From contig OZ024742.1 of the NCBI GenBank assembly GCA_964016885.1, positions 56,048,001-56,112,000 on the forward strand: DNA of 64,000 bases, read 5' to 3'. Source of the stretch: Eledone cirrhosa. Lineage: Eukaryota. The notes beneath the pieces were generated by a model that was not told the origin of the DNA, searched no databases, and worked only from the letters and a program-made list of their open reading frames with translations. Positions within the stretch are counted from its first letter, which is position 1. Each line of letters opens with the position of its first letter. Positions 42,958 through 64,000 of this stretch are shown here, one piece after another. Both the position numbers and the translations under genes were made by a program.

Positions 42958-43401
42958 TTTTAAATTTATTTTTATTTTTAATTTTTATTTTATTATATTA
43001 TTATATTATTTTATCTTATCTTTTATTATTTTATTATTATTATTTTATTATTTTTCATTATATTGTTTTATTATTTTACTTTATTTTATTTTATTAATTT
43101 TATTATGTTTATTATTTTTATATTTTTTATTATAATTTGTATTATGTTTCAACCATTGTCTGTATTTTTTTATGTATTTTCTTATGCTTTTGCATTTTTG
43201 GCTTTTACATTCTTTGTTTGTGTGTGCCATCTATTATATATGCATCTTGTTGAATCCGCTTATGCCCTGGCATTTAGCTGCGGTGCTTAACAACCCCAGC
43301 ATGCACCACTTTGTTCGCCATCTCCAATCTCCCTATCTCTATTCTGATTGTTCGTGTGACTAGGTTTTTGTTCAGCTTATACTCAACACTGTATTTATTA
43401 A

Positions 43402-43446
43402 GCTCTGAGGATACCTGCCAAAAGCTGAGGATGAAACATTGTAAGT
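43402..43446 (+). ncRNA. Minimal hammerhead ribozyme (antisense copy 41383-41427 has non-cleavable GUG)
   Basis: gct-CTGAGGA-tacct..agga t-GAAAC-att-GTA-agt; stem II weak. Confidence 0.55.
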
Positions 43447-43730
43447 AAATAAAGACTGTTTGAGTATGTAAGCGTTCTTTGGTTTCTTTTACATATAACG
43501 GCTCTGTTCTTGTACATTGAGCTAACCCAATAATGCCATAATACAGTACGGTGCGTGCGTGTTTATGCACATACGCTCCGAGCTATACGTAAATAAATAA
43601 ATATATATATATATATATGTATTTATACATTCATTATATTTATACATATTGAATATACACACGCACACGACATCGAATAACCCACGCACGTGCACGCCTA
43701 CACATACATACACATTAATATATATATGAA

Positions 43731-43771
<41 letters not shown>

Positions 43772-43904
43772 GTATGTATGTATTTATACATGCATTATAT
43801 TCATTATATATATGAATATAATGTATGTATTATACAGCATTATATTCATATATATACATATATGAATATTATGCATGTATAAATACATGTATATATATAT
43901 TTAT

Positions 43905-46670
43905 ATTAGAAAAGAGGAGTGAGGTTCTATATAAAACAGTGGGTATAAAGAAAAGATGAAGTTGAAAATAGCACGGGAGATATGTTTAAGGTCTGTTTTT
44001 CTTTTTTGATTCGTCAAAGTGACATTATTGAAAAGATAGTGTTATAAAAAAGATAGTGTTATTAAAAAAAGAGGGAGAATTCCTTTTTGAAAAATTGTTT
44101 ATGGAGTATATAAAGTGTATGGAAAAATTACCGGTTTCGATGTATTAAAATCCATCTTGTCAAATTCAGTGAAAAAAGTTAATTAAAAAGAGAGTAAAAA
44201 ACGTGTTTAAAATTAAAATTAAAATCAAAAACGAATGTTTGAGCAAAAATTCTTCCATCATGACTTCTGAAAAGTTGGCATGGAATGAGGCCAAGTTGTT
44301 TTGTTTAATCTAGTGGTCAATAGTTCAAAAGGGGGTAGGGGGTTGTAGGTGCTGACTACTGTGGTAGGTTGGTATGTGTACATACCCACACACACATACA
44401 TACATACACACACACATGTATAGAGAGAGTGTGATGGTGTATATATACAACAGTACACACATGTGAGTGTGTGCGTATATGTATGCATAAATATGTGTGT
44501 GTATATATGTGGAGGTGTTGTGTGTGTGTGTTTTTACAGTTTGTCTGTTAAAGTTACTTTTGTAGAGCAGAATTAAGAAAAATGTTCTTTTCTCTTCAAA
44601 ATTCAGAAGATTGGTAAAAGTTAAGAGCTGAAATCCAAAGGATTCCCAGAAACAAAAAATTTAAAAATTTAAAATAATTAAAGAAGTTAAGAGAGTCAAG
44701 ACAATTCTTCCAAAGAACTTCAAAAAATACCTTTCAAAAGAAACCTTCAGAATTCTTTCTCTCCAAAAAATCATTCTTTAGAAGAAAACTTTTAAAAGAT
44801 CTTAAAAAATCTTTTCAAAAAACGAGACAGTCCGTATATATATAAAAATGAATGAGTAAATGAATAAGTATATAAACAGCGGGAATTAAGTAACATTTTT
44901 CTCTACAAAATTCCGAAAATTCTGTTTCTTTTGTAGCGGGGAACAAAGAAAAAAATATTCTCTCTACAAAATTCAGAGAATTGGCAAAAGTTAAGAGCTG
45001 AAATCCAAAGGATTCGCAGAATCCAAGAAGTTAAAAATTAAAGGGGTTAAGAGAGTTAAGAGAACTCTTCCAAAAAACTTCAAAAAGAACCCTTCAAAAG
45101 GAGCCTTAAAGAAACTCACTCTCCAAAAAATCATTCTTAAAGAGAAATTCTTAAAAGATCCTAAAAAATTCCTTCCAAAATCGAGACACAGTGCTTGTAT
45201 ATATATAAATGAATGAGTAAATAGATAAATATATACATAAATATATACACACAGAGGGAATTAAGTAAAATCTTTTTCCCACAAAATACCCAAAATTGTC
45301 AAATGTTAAAGGCTAAGAATTCAAATGTTTAAAAATTAGAAAAAACATTTTAGTGCGGGTGGGGGGGGGGGGACTTATGAGGATGATTACATATTTTGTT
45401 TTGGCTTAAATTTATTAATAAATAGTTCTTCCTTATTTATTCTTTGTTATTGAGTGAAAGAATAGTAGTACTTGTAAAGGGGGAAGATTTAAAAGTTGGG
45501 GAGAGTCATTCTTGCACAATCTGCAATGTGACTGCTTAAGGGGATTTTCCTTGTGTTTGCGTCTCGAATTTGTTGGCGATAGATGGTCATTCTTTTGCGT
45601 AATGACACATTCGTCTGTCCTATATAGTTATGTTGACAACCACCACATGTGATTACATAGATTAGGTTGTCCGAGTTGCAAGTGAAGTTGTTTTTCACTG
45701 TGAAAGTTTGGCCATCTTCAATTAAGTATAGGCATGTTCCACAGTTCGTTCTTCGGTATTTTGTTACCATAAGGTTGGAGGTAGGTTTGTGTGTCTTTGT
45801 TCCTGTGAGGATGTGTTTTAGCGATTTTGGTTGCTTTTGCTTTTGATGATCTTGTGTGTTTCTAGAATTGTTTTCATTTTTTCATCTTTAAATAGAATGG
45901 GGAGCTTTTTGTGTAGTAAGTCGAATAGTTCGGTGTTTCTGAGGGTGAATGTGGATACATATAGTAAGATATTGTTTGTGGTGCCATGTTTTAGGTTGAT
46001 GAACATTTGCGTGTTTTACTTTATCTATACCATTATTCATTATTTTAAGTGGGAAGGCTCTTAAGTGAGTGTGTTTTTGAGTTCATTTAGTTTTTTGAAA
46101 AGATTTTATATTTTAAAAATTTCTTCTAAAGAATGACTTTTTGGAGAGAAAGACTTCTTAAGGTTTCTTTTGAAAGGTATTTTTTGAAGTTTTTTGGAAG
46201 AGTTCTCTTGAGTCTCTTAACTTTTTTAATTTTTAATTTTTAATTTTGTGATTCTGGGAATCGTTTGGATTTCAGCTCTTAACTTTTGCCAATCTTCTGA
46301 ATTTTGAAGAGAAAAGAACTTTTTCTTAATTCCTCTCTACAAAAGTAACTTTAACAGACAAACTGTAAAAACACACAAACAACAACCCCCACACATATAT
46401 ATGCACACATATTTATGCATACATATACGCACACACTCACATGCACAGACTCTCTCTATACATGTGTGTGTGTGTATGTATTTGTGTGTGGGTATGTACA
46501 CATATCAACCTACCACAGTAGTCAGCTCCTACAACCCCCTACCCTCTTTTGAACTATTGACCACTAGATTAAACAAAACAACTTGGCCTCATTCCATGCC
46601 AACTTTTCAGAAAGCATGATGGAAGAAATTTTGCTCAAACATTCGTTTTTGATTTTAATTTTAATTTTTT
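43905..46670 (-). mobile_element. Neptune-like PLE 3' fragment with inverted pLTRs (~44215-44830 / ~46075-46670) and an internal ~360-bp tandem duplication (44560-45300)
   Basis: GIY-YIG at 45400-46010: NCGTCLYL..FTCNSDNLIYVITCGGCQHNYIGQT..LRKRMTIYRQQI; ~600-bp IR; HHR at 44125-44167. Confidence 0.88.
44125..44167 (-). ncRNA. Minimal hammerhead ribozyme, U3:A8 core variant with palindromic stem III
   Basis: gaat-TTGACAA-gatg gattttaata catc-GAAAC-cg-GTA-attt; ACCGGT palindrome. Confidence 0.75.
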
Positions 46671-46674
46671 TGTG

Positions 46675-48177
46675 GGTAGTAGGTATCCTAATTTAAAGCT
46701 ATGTTATGTTGGTTCGAGTCACGGAGGTTTGAATCTTATGAATTTAGTGGCTATTCTATGTCTGCAGAAGATAGATCTTTCTAACTTATTATTAAGTAGC
46801 CTTTTAACATTTCTAAGGATATACAATAGCTCAAGATCACACAGCCCGCAATAGGACATACCTGTACTATAGGTTTTAGCAGCCGACAACTTCGACCAGT
46901 TGATAGTGTAGCTAGCGTTGCTGTCCGTCAATTCCCATATTTTTCTGGCGAGGGTGGTGGAACCCATAAGAGCTCCGCTTTTCATCGAGTGCCTGTGCAC
47001 ATACCATCTTTTCTTAAAAGAACCCGCGGTGGATCCTATGTAATTCCAAGTGGAGTTACCCGAGATGACAGTGCACATGTACACCAGGCTCGAATCGAGA
47101 CATCTGTTCGCCAATGGGGTGACAGTTGCAGTTTGAGGCGCTATTATGTGCAGCTTTTACATTCCTATTTAGTACCCTGTTATAAGTGGGTTGTGATATA
47201 TGCCCAATGGGGTTTTGCTGCTGCGCGTTTGTATGCGCTTGTGGTTGTGATGTTGTGATGAGTTTGTGCTTATGTATAGGTGCAATTGATTTACTTGAGA
47301 TATTTCTGCGGTTGATCTTGCGTATGTGTGATTCTATGTTAGCTGCTGTTGAGAAAGAGAGTTTTATAGTAGATCTATTGAGTATTTTGTGATATCTATG
47401 CGAGATAGGGAAGTGTTTATCTATTAGTTTAAAGAATATAGAGGGCAGTCTAGTTTTTATAGAGGAGTTGAATATTGGGTTGAACCATAGGTATTTTCTT
47501 TGTCTGTTTCTTCTATTGTTTCTAGGGTTTACGTTATTAGTGTTTTGGCCGTTTACTCTAGGTGTTACATGTCTAACCCTATGTCTAGTCAAGCTATTCC
47601 TATTATTATGTGAGCGGTTGGAGTAGAAATTACTAGGATTGTTTATGTTGTCCTTATTCACTATATACTGTAGTTTATCTTTATGAGCGGCCCTACTTAA
47701 TGCTGCATTATAACAGTCAGCATGCTCGTTAAAGATTTCTAGGTTTGAGGATAGGCGGGATATTCGGAGGGATATACTACGTGCTATGGATTTAATTATG
47801 GATTTGGGGTGATTTGAGTTGTAACTAATGTAGGCAAGATTTTCATTATTTTTGTGGAAAGGTTCTATTAATCCAGTATTTAGATTTAGAGTTACATGTA
47901 GAAAATTTACCTTCTTATGGTTTAGTTCGTAGGTAATACTTAGGCCTAGTTTTTTGAAGAATACTCCATATTTTCTTTTATTTTCTTGCCTGTGTATTTT
48001 ATTCATTCTCGCATGCTCCGGAGATCTGACTGGTTATAATTCTGTATTGGCGATCGAGTGACGCAAAATTAGGCGGATAGCGATCTCTAGACATACCAGC
48101 TCAGTGAAACAAATATAAGCTATGTGATTAAAAACTTTTTTGTATAGCAAACCATGTAAACCTTCTTTCCTGATTTA

Positions 48178-48180
<3 letters not shown>
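46675..48180 (-). mobile_element. Naiad-like PLE, internally deleted (end of RT, linker, GIY-YIG)
   Basis: KVNFLHVTLNL, SNHPKSIIK, WFNPIFN, NCNC..CLDSSLVYMC..YIGSTAGSFKKRWYVH..CGLCDLE..CRH; 3' UTR cut by the neighbouring IR. Confidence 0.88.
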
Positions 48181-48218
<38 letters not shown>

Positions 48219-48226
<8 letters not shown>

Positions 48227-48660
48227 AATAACAAAGAACGCTTATAGCATATGCATATCTTTACTTGCTAACATTGTTTCATCCGCACTATAAGTGGGAC
48301 TCATCAGAGCATAAAGGTTAATTACATACCATACAAGCAATAACAAATCCAAGACATTGAAGAATGAAAGGTAATAATAGACGATAAAGGATAAAGATCC
48401 TTTATCGTCTATTATTACCTTTCATTCTTCAATGTCTTGGATTTGTTATTGCTTGTATGGTATGTAATTAACCTTTATGCTCTGATGAGTCCCACTTATA
48501 GTGCGGATGAAACAATGTTAGCAAGTAAAGATATGCATATGCTATAAGCGTTCTTTGTTATTTATTATATTACGGCTCTGTCCTCTGACATTGAGCTAAC
48601 CTTATACTGCCTGCTGGATAAGTGGAGTGTTATACACCCCTGATCCTTTCCCTAGTATAC
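48219..48660. mobile_element. Miniature fold-back pLTR element: perfect palindrome 48219-48570 plus 90-bp tail, between (TA)n runs
   Basis: Arms mirror about loop aaag (48393-48396); HHR in each arm; tail ggctctgt..cattgagcta. Confidence 0.9.
48478..48523 (+). ncRNA. Minimal hammerhead ribozyme, canonical core (identical minus-strand copy 48266-48311)
   Basis: tgct-CTGATGA-gtcc cac ttata gtg c ggat-GAAAC-aat-GTT-agca. Confidence 0.82.
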
Positions 48661-48679
48661 TATATATATATATATGTAT

Positions 48680-50255
<1,576 letters not shown>

Positions 50256-50292
50256 ATATATATATGTATACACATATATATATATATGTGTG

Positions 50293-50324
<32 letters not shown>

Positions 50325-50357
50325 TATGTGTATTTATATATATATATATATATATGA

Positions 50358-50476
<119 letters not shown>

Positions 50477-50554
50477 GTATTCATTATACTATTTATGTTT
50501 ATGCAAATACAAAAACCTTTTGCAGTTATATATATTTTTATAAACCCTAAATAG

Positions 50555-56406
<5,852 letters not shown>

Positions 56407-56891
56407 ACGACTGTCTCTATCTCCGTTTGATTGTCAAAATAGATATTAACATTCTCTATTAGTCTTAATTCTATCAACTCTTCTATTATTTACCATTTAA
56501 TATAAACTGCTATAGATAAAATGAGATTTCTGATTTCTTAATTCAATTCCCTAATGCACATACCAGCTGGCTACTAGCATTGATGTTATTCAGTAGCAAT
56601 CGAAATCTCCCCCTTCCCCAATTGACACTTTATAATTAATACTACTACACCAAATGACCAGCCCTGTCCACTGTCCAATTGGTCAAGTAGAGATTAAAAT
56701 TGGCACTCCCAAAAATTCTTATTTAGATAAAATGAACCATTTACTCATGGTCTTCTCATTAGAAACCCTTTATATACTTGTTTACCAGTAAATTGAATTA
56801 CCATATGTCATATACTATCCCCTCTCTTCTTCCTCTATTACTAATATAAATACTTCAATTTATCTGATTTTATCCAATTTATCCAAAATCT

Positions 56892-57000
56892 CTGAAGAAG
56901 TGACAACTGATTATACATTTGCTATCGAATACTTGCTAACATTATATGATTACGCAAGCAGCGATACATAGGTATTCCGTCTGTTACAGAAACATATGTC
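56892..57000 (+). ncRNA. Hammerhead-like motif with ~75-nt stem-II insertion (second copy 59640-59748)
   Basis: CTGAAGA-a-gtgaca...tgttac-a-GAAAC-atat-GTC; palindromic ACATATGT stem III; stem I pairing not evident. Confidence 0.5.
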
Positions 57001-57214
57001 AATACCTAATAAATTCCTTTTTAAAAAAAGCACTTTCATTTTATATTCATCTTTTCTACATTTTCTCCGGAATATAATTTATACTCGTTGAGCAAACCTG
57101 CACGTACGCTGTTCATCTCTAACGTAACGATATATTATCACTACATTATTGATAACCTGAAATTTTATTAATCTCCTATACAGTTGAGCAACTAATTCAG
57201 CATACGCCTCTAAA

Positions 57215-59056
57215 ATGGAAAGGCACCAATTGGATATGTCTTTAAAAAACATACCTATTCAGGCAAAAAGGGAATATATTCTAGGTATGATACGAAGGAC
57301 CAATGATTTTATTCGACGAATCAGATGGAAAACATTCCATTTTGACAAAAGCCGTATAAACCAAACATCGGATCTTAACAAGGATAAATTTGGATTTGAA
57401 TCTTACAAGAACCCACCCTCAAACCCACTTTTGGATGCATTTGAACAAGACCTAATGGATATGATCATGGAGATCAAATTTACAAAACGGAAGAACAATA
57501 AACTACAGAATGACATCACGGCACTGCTCAATAATCTAAAAAACGCCAATGGAATTATTGTTAGAGCAGACAAAACATCAAACGTATATACCATGGATGT
57601 GGACACTTACAATAACTTCATCCGTAAGGAATTGCATAAAAAATACAGGAAAACTAATGAAGCTACACTTAAAAACATCAACAACTCGGCATGTGAAATT
57701 GTTAAAAAACTTTGTATTGACGATAGAACGCAACCCTTAACACCAGCTATACCATCCTTCAACCTGAAGGACCACAAGGTAAACTTCGATACTAACCCTA
57801 ATATTAGACTTATATGCCCCTCTAAATCTGATATAGGCAAAATTAGCAAATATATACTAGACAGAATTATCCCCCAAGTTAAGGTTAAAGTAGAGATTAA
57901 ACTATGGGGTAACACTCATGAAGCAATAAGGTGCTTTAATAACATTACTGATAAGAAAAAATCAAAATTTATTCAGTTTGATATTGATGAATATTATTCC
58001 TCAATTTCACCTGATACTCTACATGAAGCTCTTTCGTTCGCTAAGGCTAATTCCGACCTTACGGATGCTGAAATTAAAATTATTATGGAAGCGAGGAAAA
58101 CTATAGTTAAATTCGATGATAGCTACTGGGTTCGCAAAGATAGACCTTCTAATTTTGATATCACTATGGGTTCTAATGATTCGGCGGAAGTAACAGATCT
58201 TGTGGGAATTTATATCACCCACAGATTACAAAGAAAATTCAAGGATCTCCACGGTGGAATCTACCGTGACGATGCGCTCCTATTAGTTAGGCATATGAAT
58301 AACCAGAATTTAGAAAGGATGCGTATAAATATCAGAAAGCTTTTTAAGGAACTAGGATTAAATATTACATTTGAATATAACCTCAAAGAGGTCAATTTCC
58401 TTGATGTTACTTTGAATCTCAATACAGATACGATTAAACCGTTCCATAAACTAAATAAGAACCTTAAATATGTAAATACGAGTTCTAACCATCCACTCTC
58501 TATAATTAAATCCATCCCTAGAAATGTTTCTCTTAGAATCTCCCGCCTGTCGTCCAACCAACAAACCTTCAAAGAACATGCCGAATATTATGATGATGCA
58601 CTTAGGAAAGCCGGTCACCAAGATAATATAGAGTATATAGTCGAAGATCACCAAAACACCCAAAATAAATCCCATAGGAGTAGAAATAGCACAGAATCAC
58701 CACCATACATACACTACCGCAATAAACACAATAATAGTCGCACACCACCAAACAGAAGGCGATGTAAGGAGTATATTTGGTATAACCCGGTCTATAACAA
58801 CTCTATTAAAACCAATCTACCCTCAAAATTCTTTCGATTAGTTAAAAAACACTTTCCAACATCACATAAATATAATAAAATCTTAAACCCTAACACTATT
58901 CGACTTTCATATTCAACCGCCCCTAATATTGAACAACATATAAAAAAGCTTAACGCAAAACGGTTGTATAAATGCCTTCCAACACATAACAATACACGTA
59001 AAACATTAGCTATAACATCACAAAACAACAAACAACATCCTGTCCTACATAAGTAA
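57215..59056 (+). CDS. Penelope-like (Naiad-type) reverse transcriptase, 613 aa; premature TAA before the GIY-YIG (59123-59370)
   Basis: [64 protein letters not shown]; stop is CAA in the upstream copy. Confidence 0.92.
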   Translation: MERHQLDMSLKNIPIQAKREYILGMIRRTNDFIRRIRWKTFHFDKSRINQTSDLNKDKFGFESYKNPPSNPLLDAFEQDLMDMIMEIKFTKRKNNKLQNDITALLNNLKNANGIIVRADKTSNVYTMDVDTYNNFIRKELHKKYRKTNEATLKNINNSACEIVKKLCIDDRTQPLTPAIPSFNLKDHKVNFDTNPNIRLICPSKSDIGKISKYILDRIIPQVKVKVEIKLWGNTHEAIRCFNNITDKKKSKFIQFDIDEYYSSISPDTLHEALSFAKANSDLTDAEIKIIMEARKTIVKFDDSYWVRKDRPSNFDITMGSNDSAEVTDLVGIYITHRLQRKFKDLHGGIYRDDALLLVRHMNNQNLERMRINIRKLFKELGLNITFEYNLKEVNFLDVTLNLNTDTIKPFHKLNKNLKYVNTSSNHPLSIIKSIPRNVSLRISRLSSNQQTFKEHAEYYDDALRKAGHQDNIEYIVEDHQNTQNKSHRSRNSTESPPYIHYRNKHNNSRTPPNRRRCKEYIWYNPVYNNSIKTNLPSKFFRLVKKHFPTSHKYNKILNPNTIRLSYSTAPNIEQHIKKLNAKRLYKCLPTHNNTRKTLAITSQNNKQHPVLHK

Positions 59057-59801
59057 CCTCATCAACCCATCCATGACAATACAACAACGCAAAATTATAA
59101 TTGCAACTGTGTCCAACCAGGAATGTGTCCGTTGAACAATCAGTGTCTTGAACGCAACATCGTATACAAATGTACTATTGAATCGGATAGACAGAAGTGG
59201 TACTATGTGGGATCTACAGCCACCTCTTTCAAATCACGCCTTTATAGACATCGTTACTCGATAAAACATGAAAACCAGCGTTATCTAACAACACTCGCAG
59301 ACAAGGCTTGGCAGCTGCGTGAAAATAACCAACAATTTCACCGAAAATGGGATATAATAGCGGCTGCCCCCCCTTCCCCAATTGACACTTTATAATTAAT
59401 ACTACTGCACCAAATGACCAGCCCTGTCCACTGTCCAATTGGTCAAGTAGAGATTAAAATTGGCACTCCCAAAATTCTTATTTAGATTTACTCATGGTAT
59501 TCTCATTAGAAACCCATTATATACTTGTTTAGCAGTAAATTAATTTACCAACTGTCATATACTATCCCCTCTTTTTCTTCCTCTATTACTAATATAAATA
59601 CTTCAATTTTTCTGATTTTATCCAATTTATCCAAAATCTCTGAAGAAGTGACAACTGATTATACATTTGCTATCGAATACTTGCTAACATTATATGATTA
59701 CGCAAGCAGCGATACATAGATATTCCGTCTGTTACAGAAACATATGTCAATACCAAATAAATTCCTTTTTAAAAAAAGCACTTTCATTTTATATTCATCC
59801 T

Positions 59802-60307
<506 letters not shown>

Positions 60308-60539
60308 ACGGACCCCGTCTAAACACTTCTCCCTAAGACGAACCCACAACATACACACGTCAACATACATACCTACATCAGATAACATCTCTACCCACAT
60401 ATAAACGCAATGACATACGTAAACACACATGTTGTATGGTGCAACACAAATTTGCATACCTTTTGATATCTATAGATATAAACGTGCCGACACACACACA
60501 TACATAAACGCACACATGCATTGCACACTGATGGGCACA

Positions 60540-60815
60540 TACATATTTGTACACAAGTATTCCAATACGGCAAGGCTTAATGGATTCCCCTTGCAGTACG
60601 TACAATCTGGACACACTCCAGATACATATTTGTACTCAGGTACAAAATTTCTGGACACACTCCAGGTACATGTATACAATTTGTACACAAGTATACAATT
60701 TGTACACAAGTATGCAATTTCTGGACACACTCCAGATACATATTTGTACACAAGTATTCCAATACGGCAAGGCCTAATGGATTCCCCTTGCAGTACGTAC
60801 AATCTGGACACACTC
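60540..60815. repeat. Complex minisatellite (~77-bp unit twice, with ctggacacactccag and tttgtacacaagta subunits)
   Basis: acatatttgtacacaagtattccaatacggcaaggc..ccccttgcagtacgtacaatctggacacac at 60541 and 60738. Confidence 0.85.
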
Positions 60816-61091
60816 ACACACGCCTTGGTATTATACCAATACTATATATCATTTCACACCTTTTATTATTAAGGTTTTTGATGTTCTATTGAGAGAATCG
60901 GTATTACTGAAAATATCGAATAATGTACGCCATTTCACCAGTTTCACAAAAATAATTACTGGTCTACCCACACACACACATTCTCACACACACGTGTATG
61001 CGCACACACGCACATATATACACACACACATACACACGCGTACATTAACATACAAAGAGACATACACACACACACACACACACACGCACAC

Positions 61092-61182
<91 letters not shown>

Positions 61183-61725
61183 TCTTAATAGCCATTTGAA
61201 CTGTCAACAGGCTGCGGTTCGCACATACATCCCTGCTGACCATTATCACAACAACGAACCTCTTTACTACTACTACTACACACACACACACACACACACA
61301 CACATATTTGTTTTGAAAGACTTATTTTTCAGTGACTTTTCAATCAGCCGGCACAAATCTACATTTGGCGCAAAATCAATTTTTAACATTCACATGACCT
61401 CTACCGACCAATCAAAATTGTTTTGACCACAAGAATTTTTGCAACACGAATTGGCGCAAAACTTATTTTAATACCGCTGGAGCCACTTTTTTAACATAAA
61501 AACAGGTAGAATTTCCAAAACTAATCAGATTAGAGCAAACATCATGGACACTCTATCTCAAAATTATTTTTGAAAAGCATTAGAAATGCGCAACCGGTAA
61601 AACTTAAAACCAAAACTGAATACTAACCAATACTATTACTAATTCTCACTTATTCCTAATTAAACTATTTTTCACTGTGAACAATTTGTCAGCATTTTCT
61701 TTTTCGTTTACCAATATATATATAT

Positions 61726-63310
<1,585 letters not shown>

Positions 63311-64000
63311 TATATATATATATACACTGAGGATGAAAAACTCAGAGCTGTATGGGAGCATCCCAAAAGTCAGCTCAAAAGTGACACAGAGGAGACTGAG
63401 TTTACACACTTGTAAAATGTATTTTAAAACTTTTTCTTATTTGCTAAACTTTGATTATATATGTTCTGGCTCGTTAATTTATTAACCTGCCATAGAACCA
63501 CATTGGCATAAGGTTGAATAATACATGTGTCCCTATATGTATTTTGCATGTAGGGATATATAATTTATTATTATTAATCTCCCCTGGTCGAGATAACATT
63601 TTGGTCGTTTTGACTGCTGCTATTTCTAGTGTCAGTGGATTGACCTTTCCGCTTCTGCCTTCTATATTTGCACACGGCACTGGACAGAATTGCTTCTATA
63701 TCATCTCGGGAACATTTTTTAATAGCGGTAATTCGTAATTTGAATTCGGGAATTTTATATTCTCTGAGTGAAAAGAACTCTCTGACGAGTGTCTTTCTTT
63801 TCAATTGATGTCCGTGAGGATAAATCCATTTATTTTTGAGACTTGAAACCGTACGGTAAAGGTAACTACAGCAGTAACAGTGAATTTTTAAAAATTTATT
63901 TTAAAATGTTTTCTTATTTGCTAATCCTTGATTATATATATGTATATATAGATAGATACATATATATATGTATGTATATATATATATATATATATATATA

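Larger units (their letters stand above)
41335..43580. mobile_element. Non-coding fold-back PLE derivative (inverted pLTRs ~41335-42520 / ~42790-43490) with two SINEs in the left arm
   Basis: 41340-41800 is the reverse complement of 43030-43490; HHR motif in both arms; right arm has extra tail ggctctgt..cattgagcta. Confidence 0.8.

Noticed and set aside
60540-60815. Repeat-spacer appearance suggesting a CRISPR array
   Set aside because: Eukaryotic context, no unique spacers and no cas genes; it is a minisatellite
63474-63870. Possible host exon (complex sequence with short ORFs); similarly 5330-5830
   Set aside because: No recognisable protein motif or clear splice pair; stops in extended frames

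Overview
Repeat-saturated, AT-rich eukaryotic (animal) DNA with no confidently identifiable host gene. The SINE families and microsatellite load suggest an octopod cephalopod (inference from recall, not a database search). Bases 1-30 kb hold decayed non-LTR retrotransposons (Tx1/L1-like, CRE-like, R4/Dong-like), tRNA-derived and Nin/Deu-domain SINEs and a probable non-autonomous Helitron. A near-intact RTE LINE lies at 35.4-38.15 kb. The dominant feature is a dense cluster of about a dozen Penelope-like elements (PLEs; RT plus C-terminal GIY-YIG; Neptune-like and Naiad-like types), mostly bounded by (TA)n. Many have a fold-back structure with an inverted pLTR on each side. Reading the pLTRs by eye gives nine distinct type-I hammerhead ribozyme (HHR) motifs in 15 copies, most non-canonical: two with a covariant U3:A8 core, one CCGAAGA, one GUAA, two with very long stem-II insertions, and several with a palindromic minimal stem III. 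There is also a perfect 352-bp palindrome with an HHR on each strand, and a conserved CATTGAGCTA-type motif downstream of the HHRs. Most short ORFs in the track are microsatellite or antisense artefacts.
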